A DNA stretch of 64,000 bases, from assembly GCA_030704615.1 (NCBI GenBank), contig CM060732.1, positions 35,216,001 to 35,280,000 on the forward strand, in the 5' to 3' direction. Positions 36,583 through 59,660 of the stretch are shown piece after piece; the stretch's first letter is position 1; every line of letters starts with the position of its first letter. Under the pieces are notes generated by a model. It saw only the letters and a program-made list of their open reading frames with translations. It ran no database searches and was not told the DNA's origin. This stretch comes from Takakia lepidozioides (lineage: Eukaryota > Plantae > Bryophyta). A program made the translations under genes and the position numbers.

Positions 36583-39500
36583 TCACACTTTGCACAGTTT
36601 TGTGGCCTCTGTCCACTCTGGGTTTGGAGGGTATAATCCTCGCAGTACAGCCCACACTCTTGCAAACAAAGGCTTCAACATCTTGTGTTTATGCAGGCTT
36701 TCAATGCTATTGAAGTGAAGGTAGCGCTCGTGTTCCAAAATAAGAACACTCCAGTGGTTGCTCCACAAAACATTTACACCTTCAGCTTAGTCTTCATCAG
36801 GATGTGCATGAAATAGAACCCATATGCACGAAAGTGATAGGAACAGAGGCAGGTTAAATGGAGAAAACTCACTTAAATGTAACAGGGACAACGAGCACCT
36901 CGACACCAATACAGTCAAGGGTAGGGAACCTTGTGTCCACCCAAGCCTGTATGGAACTGACTCCGTTTCCAAATTTCTTGCAATGGGTGCGAAGACACAT
37001 CCAGGCGAAGATGTCTAGCACACGAATTTTACTGCACACATTATGTGGAAGAGACAATTTTTTGCAACACACCCAAAAGTCCATCACATGGTCACTTGTC
37101 CAGCCCCTTTCATCCACCAGATCATATGCATCTTCTAGTAAGAGGGATCTGAGGGGACAACGAATCTTGGAAGAACCAGACGTCCGTAGTCTTGCTCACC
37201 ACTGCACCACAGCAAATCCTGAACAGACCCCACAGAGCATGTCAAGTGGCTGCATGGACAATGTAAGCATACACTACAGTTTCAAACAGGATTGAAGGTA
37301 TACCATAAGATTTACGATAAAGAAGGGCGCACGGGCACATCCACGAACACAGTGCATTATGACAACAACACAATCTGCATGACAGTTACATTGTATGGGC
37401 CAAAGAAACATATGCATGTGCAACAAATGCAAATGCATACCTGGACAATGATTTTTTCCCACGGACTGCAACTACTTGATTATCGGTGGATGGAAGTTGA
37501 CATAGCGGAGGATTGTCTGCGCTGGCAGGTGGAGTGGTATGGGTGGCAATGGGATTGGCAAAGGTAACAGAGTGAGAGCGTTTAGGTCCTTTGTGCACAC
37601 TCCCATGCACATCACCATCAAATTGTGTCGTGGGCATATGTGTTGTTTGGAGTATTCAGACCATCAAAAATCATCTTGAAACGACGAAGGGGGGAGGGCA
37701 AGGCCATAATGTGCCAATGTTGCATATCATACTGTTCAAGTAGTTCACCATGAGGGGTTTTGGACGACCCAACATTGGTTACTGCATGCACAATTACACC
37801 CTCATCAGTGGGATCTCGGACAGAAATGGGGGGAGGACTCACAAAGTTATGTGATGAAGTGAAAGACCCCATAGGGGGAGGTGGTCCACCAAAGTCAGGG
37901 AATACCTGACTGCAAGACAAATCCATTTCAAGTTGAGTCAGGGGACCTGTGTCCGGACCAAGAAGGTCGGCACAGACTTCAGGAGATGGCACATGGTGTT
38001 CGGGGAGGTGGCTCAGAAGTCGTGATGCCTCATCATCAGACCGGCACACAATCGCTTTCCCACCGTTGGTTGTGGATGCAAGGTCATCAGTATTGCCCTC
38101 TGAGGGCATGCCTACAGTCTTTGGATAGAGAGGACCTGTTTCTGCTGCCTGCTGCACCTCATGTTCTTCATTTTCTGATTGAGGCATGGATTTGGTGGCA
38201 AGCTCAGCAGCATTGCACAGTGTTGCGATATTTGCATTCATGGGGATGTCTACAAGGTGTGCAGTTGTTGCTGTGATGGGTGGTGTATGCGGTCAGTGGA
38301 TGATAGCCCACTTGCCAACATCACCACCCGCTTTTGCAAAACGTGCTTCAGCCACCCCCTGCCTGGCCGTGATGAGAGCATCTGCATTGTGTTCCAAATT
38401 TTTCAAAGCTTGCAACACCGGGGATTCACCATAGTCAAAGCTGCCTGCACACATCCAAAGCAGATGTTGCACATGAGGGCGGGTTAAGGATGGATTTGGC
38501 ACATGACAACATGGTGGACAATATTATTTGCTAATTCAATGAAATCTTGCAGCGTGGACATTCGAAAGCATTGTAATGACATACCTGGTGGGCAAGGAAG
38601 CCACCCCATGTCCAAGTCCTCGCGATACCTCAACATTTCAGTAAATTCAAGGATGGCTTTATCAATCCCCATTCCTGGTTGTCCCCCTCCACACCACAAG
38701 ACCTCAAAAGTTGTACGATTAACAATGGCAAGGTCACGGATAGTCCTGCATCTGACTTGCTGCATAAAAGCCTGCAGCGACTGTATGGCGCGGTCTTGGT
38801 CGTCTTTCTGTCTCTCCAGAAGGTCTGCCATAGAGTCCAGCACCTCCCTTCGAGCCTGCTCGTATGGTGCCATGCAACCATATAGAAAGTATCCAATCTC
38901 AAGAAAATTATTGGCTGCATTTGTAATGGCCACGTGACCCTCGGTTGTGTCTAGAAGTTGGTGGAGGAGGTCGTGCAACACAGAGTGGACAGGGGAATTG
39001 TCTTCTGAACGTGACACATCCATATGACAGACAAAAGAGAATGGTCAGTGCAGGAGAGGATTAGAAGAGGTATTACCATGCGTCGGACGAACCATTGACC
39101 ATACGCTTTACCCATCATACTATTAGCAAATTCCGCGCTCCCCACAAGTGTAGCAAGACTTTCTAAAAAGCAGGGATTGTCAGGTGAAGGGAACCCATCA
39201 GGCAACAAATTGTAGTCCATGAGGTAGCTAAGACCTGGGCGTGCAACAAGTGCAGGTTTGGGGGGCATGACAATGTCAGATTTCAGTATTAGAGAAGGGC
39301 ATGCCACAAAGGCTTGTTTGGCCTCTTCTCTAGTCGTGGATTGAAGCAAAGCAGACTTGATCAACTGATCCAGAGTTGGTGCCTCTGTATGTGTCCTCGT
39401 TGGTGGGTCTGGCATCATGATAGTTTCCTCGTCCATTGCTAAGTCCCCCGCCTGAAGAGGTACACGGGAGTCCTTAGCTAGTAGCCGCAAATGCCTCCTT

Positions 39501-39889
39501 CGCTTCATTTCTGGCTGAAATTCGTCTTCACCCCCACTGTCCTCCCGGCCCACCTTCGCCCGCGAGTTTTTGAGCGGCAGATGCCCATGGTCCTTCAGAA
39601 CAGTCTCCATCAACGCCCTCTGACCGGCTTCAAACACAGGGTACATTTTTAGTTTAGCCCCACCCTTCCCAACAGCAGCTCACCCATTTATCCTGTGAAC
39701 GTTTAATTTTTTTTTGTCTTTATACACCTGTTTACAGTAGATACATATGAACCGCTTCCTGTTATTATCCCCGGGTTCATCAAGCCTTGCCCTCGTGTGA
39801 GCCTCGCAAATCAATGCTTCCCACTCATCAGTATCATATTCCTCAAGGTATACCCGACGCGCTTCGAGCATGGTGGATTTTTTCACCAT
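36583..39889 (-). pseudogene. Transposon-borne Ulp1/C48 SUMO-protease-like gene with an N-terminal C2H2-like finger
   Basis: CIYCKQVYKDKKKLNVHR near 39700, then long ORF segments, then GWTSDHVMDFW...VLVVPVTF | NHWSVLIL...HFNS. No catalytic Cys segment seen. That all segments form one gene is inferred. Confidence 0.7.
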
Positions 39890-42464
39890 TTCGGAAGTAC
39901 AGGTAGACAGCGTAGACCACGCCTGCCTTGAGAAAGCCGACGTTCATGTTAACCCTTAAGTGTCGAACCGACCCCTTTTGGGTTGGTTAGGTTTCATTAA
40001 CCAGCCATAACTTTGATTGGCCCTTTTTTGGCCTCAATCGACATACAATCGGGTCCCCCTTCATATGGCATTGGCCAATTGGTCAATGCTTGAAGGGGGA
40101 GGGATCTCGACCAATTGGAAGGGGGCCAACTGAGCTTTTGAGGCCATTTTGGCACCCCTAACTTGCCCAAGTTGCTGACATGGCAACTGCGGTCAGGTTA
40201 GGGTGAATGAATGATACCCCATAAAGGGATGGGCGGCACGCTTCCCCAAACCCATTGATTGCCTGGCGGGTATGGCGGCCTGCGCAGGTCTGGGTATTCC
40301 CAGGCCTACATCCTAACCTAAGATCAACGGAGATGGTAGCTCCGGCCAACACGATGGGCTCATAGTAGGGCGGACTGGAGTGCAGCCGCGATGGCGGCAG
40401 AGCTCGCGGCTCGAAAAAACTCCATGAGGGGTGGGCCAAATCTAGGTAGGGGGTTTGATAGGATTGGGGGTGGAGTGGCCCCCCATGAAAGCAGGGCCGG
40501 GTAGCCAGTGGAGCTCCCAAACCCCGTGGCCTTCTGGGCTATGGCTCCAAATATCCTAGGCCTGCAGGCTATAACATAGGTGTGCCATTTGAAGTCTTGG
40601 GCAGGGAACCTAAGGATCCGGTGGCATTGGCTGATTGGTCTCAAAGTTTTTCGGGGACTTCATATGGAAGCCCATGACATTTCAACCGGAGGGATTAGGG
40701 ATTGACCGGCTTATTTTTTTTGTATAATTTTAGGAGGAGAGATTTTGGCCTGCCCAAAGAAAATGGCATATTTTGACCCCCCAATTTGTCACTACAAAGG
40801 AGCCCACTTGAGAACATTTCAGAAAAAACTGAAAATTTATGAGAATGTGTGTTATCAGTTATGGACTAACATTTCTTGAGACTCTCAAACAGAAAAAATA
40901 AAAACTGCCCAAATACGAGCAAAAAACTGCTTTTTTTGGCACCTAGTTCCTAGTGGAGATTTATTTTGTCCCCACTCTACACTTTATAATCTTCAGATCT
41001 GGCAGTTGGATTTTGGTGAAACTTTTTGTGGTAGGAGGTGGGGTAGGTGGGAAGTAATTCCAACGGTCAGTTTTACAGGGACACAGAGATTCTCTAGATA
41101 AAAAAAATTGTGCCCCAAGGTCATGTTTTTCCACGAGAGGGTGAAAATGAGTTTTGACACTTAAGGGTTAAGGCACAAACTGAGAGTGTGAATGGGTACT
41201 AACAGGGGCCCTCACAACAAAGTATAAGCCATTTCCATTCTGGTCGCCACCATCTCGCATAAGCGAAAGAAGCCATGCATTTGCCACACGAAGTATGCAT
41301 TGGAGGGAAGAGCAAGACATTGGCAACACAATGCCAATGGGAACACAATGCGACAACGTAAAAAAAATCCACAAAACTCACATTAATCTCTGAACCCTAA
41401 AGACAGACTTATGGAGGCCTTCTAGCTTCACCTGCAACACGAGAATGATATAGGCAGATCAACAGAAGCTCCCGAGCATGAGAAAAGCAGTCGCGTAGCA
41501 AAGCAAATGAAAAGGAAGGCGTTTCGGTATACGTACACTTCCTTCCGAATCGTGTTGCACAAGATGCGCTACTTACATGAAAAAAGCGGGCGAAGAGTGT
41601 GTAACCAAAGCAAATGAGAAACATGAAACAGGAAAGACTGACGCTGCTGAGAACCTCCTCTGAAAGCGCTTTCTTGCGGGACATATCTTTCACTGAACTT
41701 GCCACAACGTCTACACATGATGTTTCCAGAACATGCACTACGGCATCGATAGAGACAGTGGCACGGTTCAAGCGACGTGGTTGAGGAGAGACGTTCCCTC
41801 GCATAAGAAGCGTCGCCTTCAGTGTCTCTGTAAGCAGCTGACAATCACTTCCGCAAAGCACGATCACGTCCTAATCTATATGCAATTATGAACAATGCAT
41901 GTATGAGCAGACATGCATACATGTGGGACGACGCATGCATGTATGACAACCTTCACATATGGATGCATGCATCGTGGTAATATAGTTGAAGTAAAACCGT
42001 TTCATGTATTACGTGGGTGACGGCCTCACAGGGGAGGGAGGCCGGGCGGGGGAGACAGGAAGCCCAATCGCGGCGATTGCGGGGGGAGGGAAGGGGAGGG
42101 CCACGTAGGCAGCCCCCGCTGATGGCGCATTAAACTCCAGGGCCTCTTCTATTACTTGCCTCCTGTTACCATGGCTCAGCAATAGGAAGGCTTCCGAACA
42201 CAAAAGTGCACAATGTGGTGTGTATATGTGTGAAGATCCCAAATATCATGAGAAATTTTTCTTATCTTTGATACAACCTTTGCAATGCCTTGTAAAACAA
42301 GCACACAAATGAACAATAGTATGTTCCAGCCTTAGTGAATTGGCACATTTTCAGTTTTAAAATGCACAAAATCAACACCCAACATCTAACCCAATAACAC
42401 TCGCTGCTGACTCAAAGTTCAAATGTGACCCTTTCACAGCCTTGTCCCAACTTCCAAGCATCTC

Positions 42465-42577
42465 ATTTATTTATTTATTTGGATAACAGGGACAGAGGCC
42501 CTGTGGATTTTATTAAGTGGCAAAAGGAGAACAACGAGGAAAAAATAACCTCCATAGAGGGTGCCATAGAGGCTGAC
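42465..42577 (-). mobile_element. Short 3' end of retroelement family B with (TAAA)n tail
   Basis: Shares gaggaaaaaataacctc...gtgccatagaggctga and a (TTTA)n flank with 63561-63705. Confidence 0.65.
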
Positions 42578-42648
42578 CCAAGATGACAATGCATCTAAAT
42601 TCTTAATACTAGCGAATAATGAAAATGCACCATTGAATGGGTAGTAAA

Positions 42649-43005
42649 CAGTGTTGGACTGGTATCAAGTATATTACATACCAGTCTGTTCCTGGTATGT
42701 ATCTCTTAAGCAATGAGATACCAGACTAGATCGCACCAGGCATAGTTTAAAACTGATCTACCAGCCTAATCCAAGTAAATGATGCATTACCTTTTCATGA
42801 TGCAATGGTGTCAATGTCTGATTGGCTATTATTTTCGTGAAGGAAATATGGTTGAAAAGCGTGTGTATGGGCCCTAAGTACTTTTTTTATTGTCCGTGAT
42901 TTTTTAGTCTCGAGCCTATAAGCGAAGCATTCTGTATCATATGCCTATGGCGATGTTACATAAATATGCTTGACGTGATACCAGCACTATATATAATGAA
43001 CACTG
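42649..43005. mobile_element. Possible hAT-like MITE
   Basis: Termini CAGTGTT...AACACTG, repeated CTGGTAT/ATACCAG subterminal motifs, and 8-bp flanks gtagtaaa/gtattgat (5/8 identical). Confidence 0.4.
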
Positions 43006-43931
43006 GTATTGATGAGAAGCCACAATAAGAAGGTAGCCATGTTCAAAATAGACACATACCACATCAATCTGTATACAAGTAGAAGGCAGCCATTGAAACT
43101 TGTGTGTCCCAAGTTTCATGTGGTGCAGCAAAATAGAAGTAGCAAAATAAAAGTAACCTCCTCCTCCAGCCCCAAACAGTGCCTATGTCAGCTGCCACAA
43201 ACAGCATTGAAAGTGAAGCAACACACACAATGTCTAATCTATCATAACTAGTCATGCTCTCACAAAATTAGGCAAAGGAGATGGAACAACAAAGAAATCT
43301 CAATTCCCAATTCTTTTACTCATCCATGCTACAAAAGGAATCTCCCACAGATTCCTACATGACGTAGTCCCCCATCAATTCACCCAAACGTTTTACCTTG
43401 TGTCCTTGCAAGGATCATTACCAACACATTAAACAAAAGTCTGCTCCCTGCTTCAAACTACTTCCTCCACCTATGGAAATAAAACGGCATGATGTCCAGA
43501 ACTCAAATAATTATCAGAAATAATCCTTGTTACATTGAGAACCAACCCACTGTTTAAACTGTGAGTTTCAAGCTCAAAGGTAGAAATGACCTACAGATGA
43601 AAATGACACAAAATAAGCTCTGGCAAGGTTGGTTCGCTGCAAAACCAAGTCACTTTCGCTAGCTTGAGAAGGCAGTAACATGAGCATGCCATTATCTCCA
43701 GAAGATGTATTCACAAATTTTGAGAAAACAGTGGATCTTGCCGAACTATTACGCAAGTCCAGACCCTAACTTGACAACCCCCAAAAACAAGTAAAATAGG
43801 GGGCAGCCAAACACCCCCTCGGAACTTTTGAACATTTCAAAGTACATGATTTGGCAAGAGAGACTGTCCTGATTAGACCGACCCTGTATTGAAGCACAAG
43901 GGGGCTCCAATTTAGCGGTAGCAAGCAAGGT

Positions 43932-46900
43932 TCAGGTTTCCACATCCGGTCGGAAGCAGCAAAAAAAACTACTTTTCTGCACAGACAACAAATGTTAGAA
44001 AGGAAAACACATTAGAAACTGGTCAACACGGGTGGATAAAGATGGAAGCTCTAAGTTAATGCCTACTTTTTGCTGCTTCACAAAAACAACAGAACTGAAG
44101 GTGTTATTGTACAAGCCAACACTTGACACACATTCCCAAAGCTCGCCAAATCATCTCCAAAGCATGGGGTTCCTCCACAAGACTCTCCACCCAGACACTC
44201 TGAGGTCGAGCAGCAAGGGTAACCAGAGATGGTACCCATTTTAGCTCCAAAATTGAAATGCTCAATAAGCCGTGCACACAGCCACTGACAGCTTTCCTCC
44301 ACTAATAGTTGGGCTTGAAGACAGCTAGTAGATTAACTCTAGTCAGCTAACTGCTATGGAAACACTTAACAACCCTTATGCAATCATACTTTGGAGGTGG
44401 TATGAGATCTAAATCTTCAAGGTTGTGAGAGAACAATGGATCCCGTGGGATGCTAATTCCCAGTATGCTTTAAAGGCATTCAAAATGAATGAAATATGAC
44501 CACCGTTATCTGAAAGCTGTCAGTACAACACAAATGCTGGTGTCTGCTGAGCTAAAGCTGTAGGCTGAATAATTAGTTAGCTAGGGCCACTATACACTGG
44601 TTGTGAAAGGAAACCCCTAAAACAGTAAAGAGAAGGGGAAAAAGAGGCACTAGAGAGGGAAGGAGTCTTACTCAGAGGAAAATGCATGGGGTGCAGCATT
44701 CCTCTGAAAAAGCTTACTGTGGGGAGGAAATTAGCCAGACGTTCATAATTTACATCACCACAACTGAACAATCATTTGAATATAAATGTACCCTGCAATG
44801 TGGGAACAGGAATAAGGTGTAATCAGGGTCACAAGCTATCCTGGGTGAACCTCAATATTCACACAAATTGAAAAGACTACACGACCAAGGTCTTTTGGAA
44901 GCTGAGTTCTATGTTTGTTGGACTACTGATAACTTCTTCAGTTGCTGAGGTGCAGGTGGAAAACGGCCCTTGAAAGATCTTCCTTGGTGGCAGAGGGGAC
45001 CAGACAAGTCATACTACCCTCATCACATTTATCAACATCTCAGTAAAAGCAGACATCCATGATTCTTCCCACACTCAATTCAATTAAGAAGAACGTAGTA
45101 GTGACTTACTTGACTGCTGCGTTGTTTCTGCACCCCATAGTTGGGCTGCTTGTAACGATCTTCTGTAGGCCGGGAAGGTGAGTCAGTCTGCAACTGGGGG
45201 ATGCGCACAGGACCCCCCTCCTTCTTTTCATTTCGTGCATTGTTGAAGATCATAGTGAACCCATCCCCTGAAGTAGGATCATTCGCATTCCACTCTCCAA
45301 ACTTGGGCAGCCCTGCGCCTTTCTCCGGCTGTCCATGTTTTGCAAAGATTGTTGTCAGGAATCATAGTACTGACAAACACCAGTTCGTCTTAGGGCAGTT
45401 TTCACAGTTAAAGGAGGCTGAAGGTTGTATGAAACATGCAGTGTAACGTACCTACGCAAATTATTTTCCTGAGAAGAGGTTCCTACCAGTCTGCCTCCAC
45501 CTCAAGGGGGAGGTAGAAGTGTCAAGCCCAAAAGTGCTTATTGAGCAACAACTTGGATGTTATTTGTGAAACATGCCATGAGTTAAGTCAAACTGTGGTT
45601 TTTAAGGTAACTTTTAAGGTAACTAAAGAAGGGGGTCATGGAAATAATGATGCCACACTGAAGCATATACAGACAAGAACTTACAGGGTCTTCCGCTCTT
45701 GAAACCCGTAACCGTGACCTAGTAGGTGTACCAGGTGCAAACCCTGACCCCTCATCCCCTGATGCTGACCGCTTCCGGGCCTCCCAGGCAGGGGAAGCCC
45801 CACCATGCTTTCCTCCTAGTCTCCCTTGATATGACTGGTGGACGGGCGACCGTTCCGACTGGTGGTTTGACCCCTCTCCATTTGCCCGTTCCGACGAATG
45901 ACTGCTCCCATTTTCCCGGTCTATTGCACCCCTCCTAGGTGCATCTGAGGTCGTTGTCCTCAAAGCACCCGCACCTGGACCTCCCCGACCTCCAAAGCGG
46001 GGAGCATTATCTCCTTGAGAGCGGTGTGGGGGAGAATCCCCTGGAGGTTTCCGGGTTGAGGGATCACCATAAGGATATCGACCAGGGGATTCCATTTGCC
46101 GGCGCATATCAACTTCCTCTCGGCTGGCACGCCGCTCGTGACGCGGTCGCGGCACCATACCGCTACCATCCTCAGGGTCACTGGGATTCACAGCCCTGCG
46201 GGGAGGGCGCTCTGTACCTCTGTTTGAAACCCCCCGGGAGGATGGAGGCAGAGCAGCAGCCAGGTCTGGATTCTCAGCTGGAGGGCGTTCTGAACCTCTG
46301 TTTGAAACCCCCCGGGAGGACGGAGGCAGAGCAGCAGCCAAGTCTGGGTTCTCAGCTGGATCATTGGGGTTTATGGGTTTCCCACCTTTGCCGGCGCGTG
46401 CACTGTCGAAGACTGCAGTGTAGGCCCCAGGGGTGTCTGAATCCCAAATCCCAAACTTTGGAACGTGGGTTCGATTCTGTAGCAAACCAGCACAACACAT
46501 CAGCAAAGGGTAGATGCCTCAAGTTTCGATGACCATTACAAAGGCATAGGCTTACCAATAACGCACAGACACAAACAAGTGTCCACTTTGTTTGTATAAG
46601 CATATATCCCTGCAAGTGTTAGAGGAAAACCCCAGATTTCCATTGAGATAATAACCAAATGATAGGTTGAGATAAGACCATATCCCGGCAACAAATCGCT
46701 TGTGTTAGAAGTTCAAGCCTCGAGTGCAGACATCATTTACTTTCACCATCTACTACAGCAGTGTTGAACATCAGCTGATTATCCAGATTCGCACTCTGTG
46801 CCTCTCAAGCTCTACATAAGGCAACTGAAATTGACATGAAGGCTTTAAATTGGCTACCCACCTTGTGCACCGAGCTAGTCAATGAATGACAGGAGGACAC

Positions 46901-47541
46901 AAAGCATGTGGAGGCTCTATAGACCCTCTACAAAGTGGTTAAGAGACCACATGGATTCATCTATAGCTTCCTAGCTCTCAGACATCACAAATTGAAAGTA
47001 CTGTACTTGTCAAAGTACAAAGTGAAGGGACCAAAGGGGTACACAAATTCCATGCTGAAGAACCTCCTACCTTTCAGATCACAACCAAATTGCTCAGGTT
47101 GGTTCATCTGCCACAGACATCTTCGCAAGAAGGCACTAAAGCCAACAAGATTACTCTACATTGAACCTTAAGATAGATCCATGAAGAATGGTGCGGATTC
47201 AGATGGGTTGAAACACATCCTGAGAGCGCTATTTGCCATCAACCTGGCAAGTACGGTTCTTGCCAAGTCAACGAAGCATGTGACTCTTCCTTGACGACTG
47301 TTCTAACGATTGCCCAGCTGATGCAGCAAGACAGAGGTGCCAACCAAAGCGAGGAGGTCTAGCCATTACCCCACTTCGAAAGCCTCTGGCCGTCGAGGAG
47401 AGTGAGAAGGTGAAACACGCTTCAATCAAATACATCGTGAAAAAGCCCGTATGTTGAGGAAGAAGAGTGACCAAAGTTCAGAGCAATTTAATAACTTAGA
47501 TTAGGCAGCTCACAGGAGATGGAGGGGGAACTTACAGCCAT
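43932..47541 (-). CDS. RIN4: RIN4-like NOI-domain protein, 4 coding exons
   Basis: Exons 47541-47536 (MA), 46476-45685, 45328-45110, 43976-43932. N-NOI HVPKFGIWD..YTAVFDSAR, NPNDP.ENP; C-NOI LPKFGEWN...GDGFTMIFNNARNEKK; C-terminal FFCCF acylation motif. Confidence 0.92.
46205..46360 (-). repeat. In-frame 78-bp tandem duplication in RIN4 exon 2
   Basis: PAENPDLAAALPPSSRGVSNRG(S/T)ERP x2. Confidence 0.95.
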
Positions 47542-49574
47542 TACTAGATCCCTTCAGTTCGAGGACAGCTCCTAAGGATTGGCCGGTCCTACTTGGAGAG
47601 TTTGTGCCTATTTCCCCCCAGGGCTGCCCTAACACTTCCGTTGAGGACGAGACACCCCGCCTGCACTCTGAAACTCCTAGAGACCTTTCTCCAAATCCAC
47701 CTGCTCTTCCCGTCACCTTTTAAGTTACTATCACAGATCCAAGCTCCAGCTCCGTGCTGCCAGAAAATTTGAGTCGCAAGAAGTGATATTGTTATTGCCT
47801 GCCTGCCTGCCTGCCTGCAGTCTCATAAGAAAAATTTGTGTCGCATTAAGTCGCGTCGCATTCCTGCCATTCCTTTTTCCATACATCTAGATGCACAGGA
47901 ATGCCAATACAATGCAAACTTTCCCCTATCCAACATACCTTGAAAACCTCATCATGCAAATGCCATCCCCGAAAGCCAGCTATGGCCTACCCTAGCCTAC
48001 GCTTTCACGCATTACCTCTTATCTTAAGCTCCAGATCAAAAGGCCACACCTTTGCAGCTCTTGTCTACAGCATACCGACAGTACTCAGACAGCTGCCATC
48101 CTCCGTCAGAATTCTCCCCTTCTCTTCCTCTACCACACGTCTGTAGAAGCCACTCCAAGATAGCTCCCGCACCCAAAAGCCAAAACTTCTCCTACTCAGC
48201 CACGGCCTGCCTGCACGACACTATCATACGCCTTCAACCTTGCAACTCCCAAAAGTAAAAGTACGAGTGAGAAAGCTCACAACTTCCAGCTATACTTTTC
48301 ACTACCCTCACACCATTCCCAGTCAGCTCACAACATCTCCCACCCTTAAGCGCGTCGCAAGCAACCCAAGCGCGTGCGTACAAAGACACGCACGAAGAAC
48401 AATGCAGCGCTGCAGACGCTCTCAGAACCCACACACCCCCACCCCCTTTTCGACGGAGGTGGAAGACGACGGTGACCGCCGGGAGGCGGTCACCCGGTCG
48501 CCTTGCCCTCCTCGTATCGGTCTCCGGTCACGCGCCCCGAAATACTAATTCAGATACATTTATTTTCTAACCTTTCTTTCCGGTGTGAACAGGGTTTAAA
48601 TTTGGCTCCTAGTATAACGTGGCATCGGGGCTCCTACGTACACTGCGCGCCGTGCCCGACTTGTCGAACGGGTTTGCCAGCTTTTGAGGGAATCTTGCAG
48701 ATGGATGAACATCGGTTTCTGATGGATGTCATCCAAATGCTTCTGGTGGCTAAACTCTGGCTGTTGTCTTAGGGTTGGCAAAATCAGATTTGGGAATATG
48801 GGTTTTTCTGGGTTTTTCCGCAAACATTGAATGAGAGGGTTGACTGGAGTGAGAATTGTGTGGGGTAAAAATAGAGGGAGCAGAATATGCGAGTTTGGAA
48901 TGAGAGTGCAGAGACGATGTGCTAAAGATAGTGTGCATTTGTTTGCAGGAAGGGGAACTAAAATCTGATGCTTATCCCGGACACACTGATCGGGTTGCTC
49001 GGAGTTCGAGTTTGTATGGGAAAGTGTTTGGTGAGGAGCTGGTCAAAGGCACGAGAGCTTGACCGAGGCTGCAGTGGGGTCAACAGGGGCGTGGCAGCAT
49101 GGTGTAGAAGAGAATCGAGATACATACTAGGTAGTCTGTCGATATCCTACCAAACATGGGGTTAGAAAAGGAAGGAAAGGTGGGTGTGATGGACAAGGTG
49201 GGGTAATGCACCTTTGCAACCGCCTCTAGTTTTAGTCCCTTCACTGCGTTGAAGGGATTGTGTGAGGAATTGTCATTGTGGCGTGTATGGATTGACTGGC
49301 ACAGGAATGGTAGATAGAAGATACAAGGAGTTGTCATATTACTTTATGTGTTGAACTTGGTAGCTACATGATAGAGTTGCTGAGGTAGCAGCGTCCTGCA
49401 CCACCCATTCCAAGATCGCAAGAGCTTCACTCTACCCCATTCCACATGTGATTGAAAACTGTGCAATACCAGCAATTTCTTTTTGGATCTCTTTTGTGAT
49501 CTTTCTCTCTGCACGGCGTGTCTGCAGCTGGAAGGGGTAGCAGAATCGGCGAAAGCAACTGCTGAACTAAGTGC

Positions 49575-49921
49575 TGGCAGCCTGAAGAGAGCATCCATTT
49601 TCTATACATTGTCCGGGGCATTCTCACCAGAGAATGACCCTCATCAGGAACATCCAGAACATTGTTCCTGCACCTCTGTTCACCAGCTTTGAAAATCTCG
49701 AGGCTGAGCCTAAAGCCCTGGCCCTGTTGGGGTCTAATTGCTGGGCCCAGCAGATTGATGATTGTGTAAGGGAACAGACACTACCTTTGTGAGGGGCTCA
49801 CTCTGGTAGTGGGACCTACTTTAGTCTAAACAATTAGTTCAGGCTTTCCAGGTTCTGCCCAAACTGGGGATGGGGTCTATCGCCGCCACAAGGCTACAGC
49901 AAACAACATCTTATTAGTACA
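49575..49921 (+). mobile_element. LINE family A 3' copy with an internal ~80-bp inversion
   Basis: Collinear with 15820-16198, except that 49770-49850 is reverse-complemented. Confidence 0.85.
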
Positions 49922-50270
49922 TTCTATTTGCTTCTTTGCTCATATGGTGCGTGTGGTTAAGCAGGACAGTTGTTGTTACTTGCTCCAAATGAGAGAATTT
50001 TGCACATGCCACCGCTAGCATACAGATCTTGCTTCTTCACCTACAGCCTTGAAGAGGAACCAAAGCCTGACAGGGCATAGACTTACACGCAACTCTACCT
50101 GACCACCTTTTGCACTACTTACTGCTGTGGGTATGTACATGCGCTTGTACACTCAGAAGGGATTGCACATGCTTAGAGAACACCAGGACTAGAGGCCAGA
50201 TGACCTGGTAACATTGAGGTTTTATTTGCCAATATGTGAGCGGAAAACAAGCTCCTCTCAAATTTCATGT

Positions 50271-59660
<9,390 letters not shown>

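Larger units (their letters stand above)
31463..42115. mobile_element. Degenerate Mutator-like (MULE) element with transposase, Ulp1 and cargo ORFs
   Basis: Transposase and Ulp1 remnants inside. GC-rich, loosely inverted ends (gggcttccgtacctg...tcgccgcga vs tcgcggcga...cacgtaggcagccc) and CATG-rich subterminal tracts at both ends. Limits uncertain; no TSD seen. Confidence 0.6.

Noticed and set aside
45726-46532. Plus-strand ORFs overlapping RIN4 (and similar antisense ORFs over PEX6 and the F-box gene)
   Set aside because: Shadow ORFs of GC-rich coding exons.
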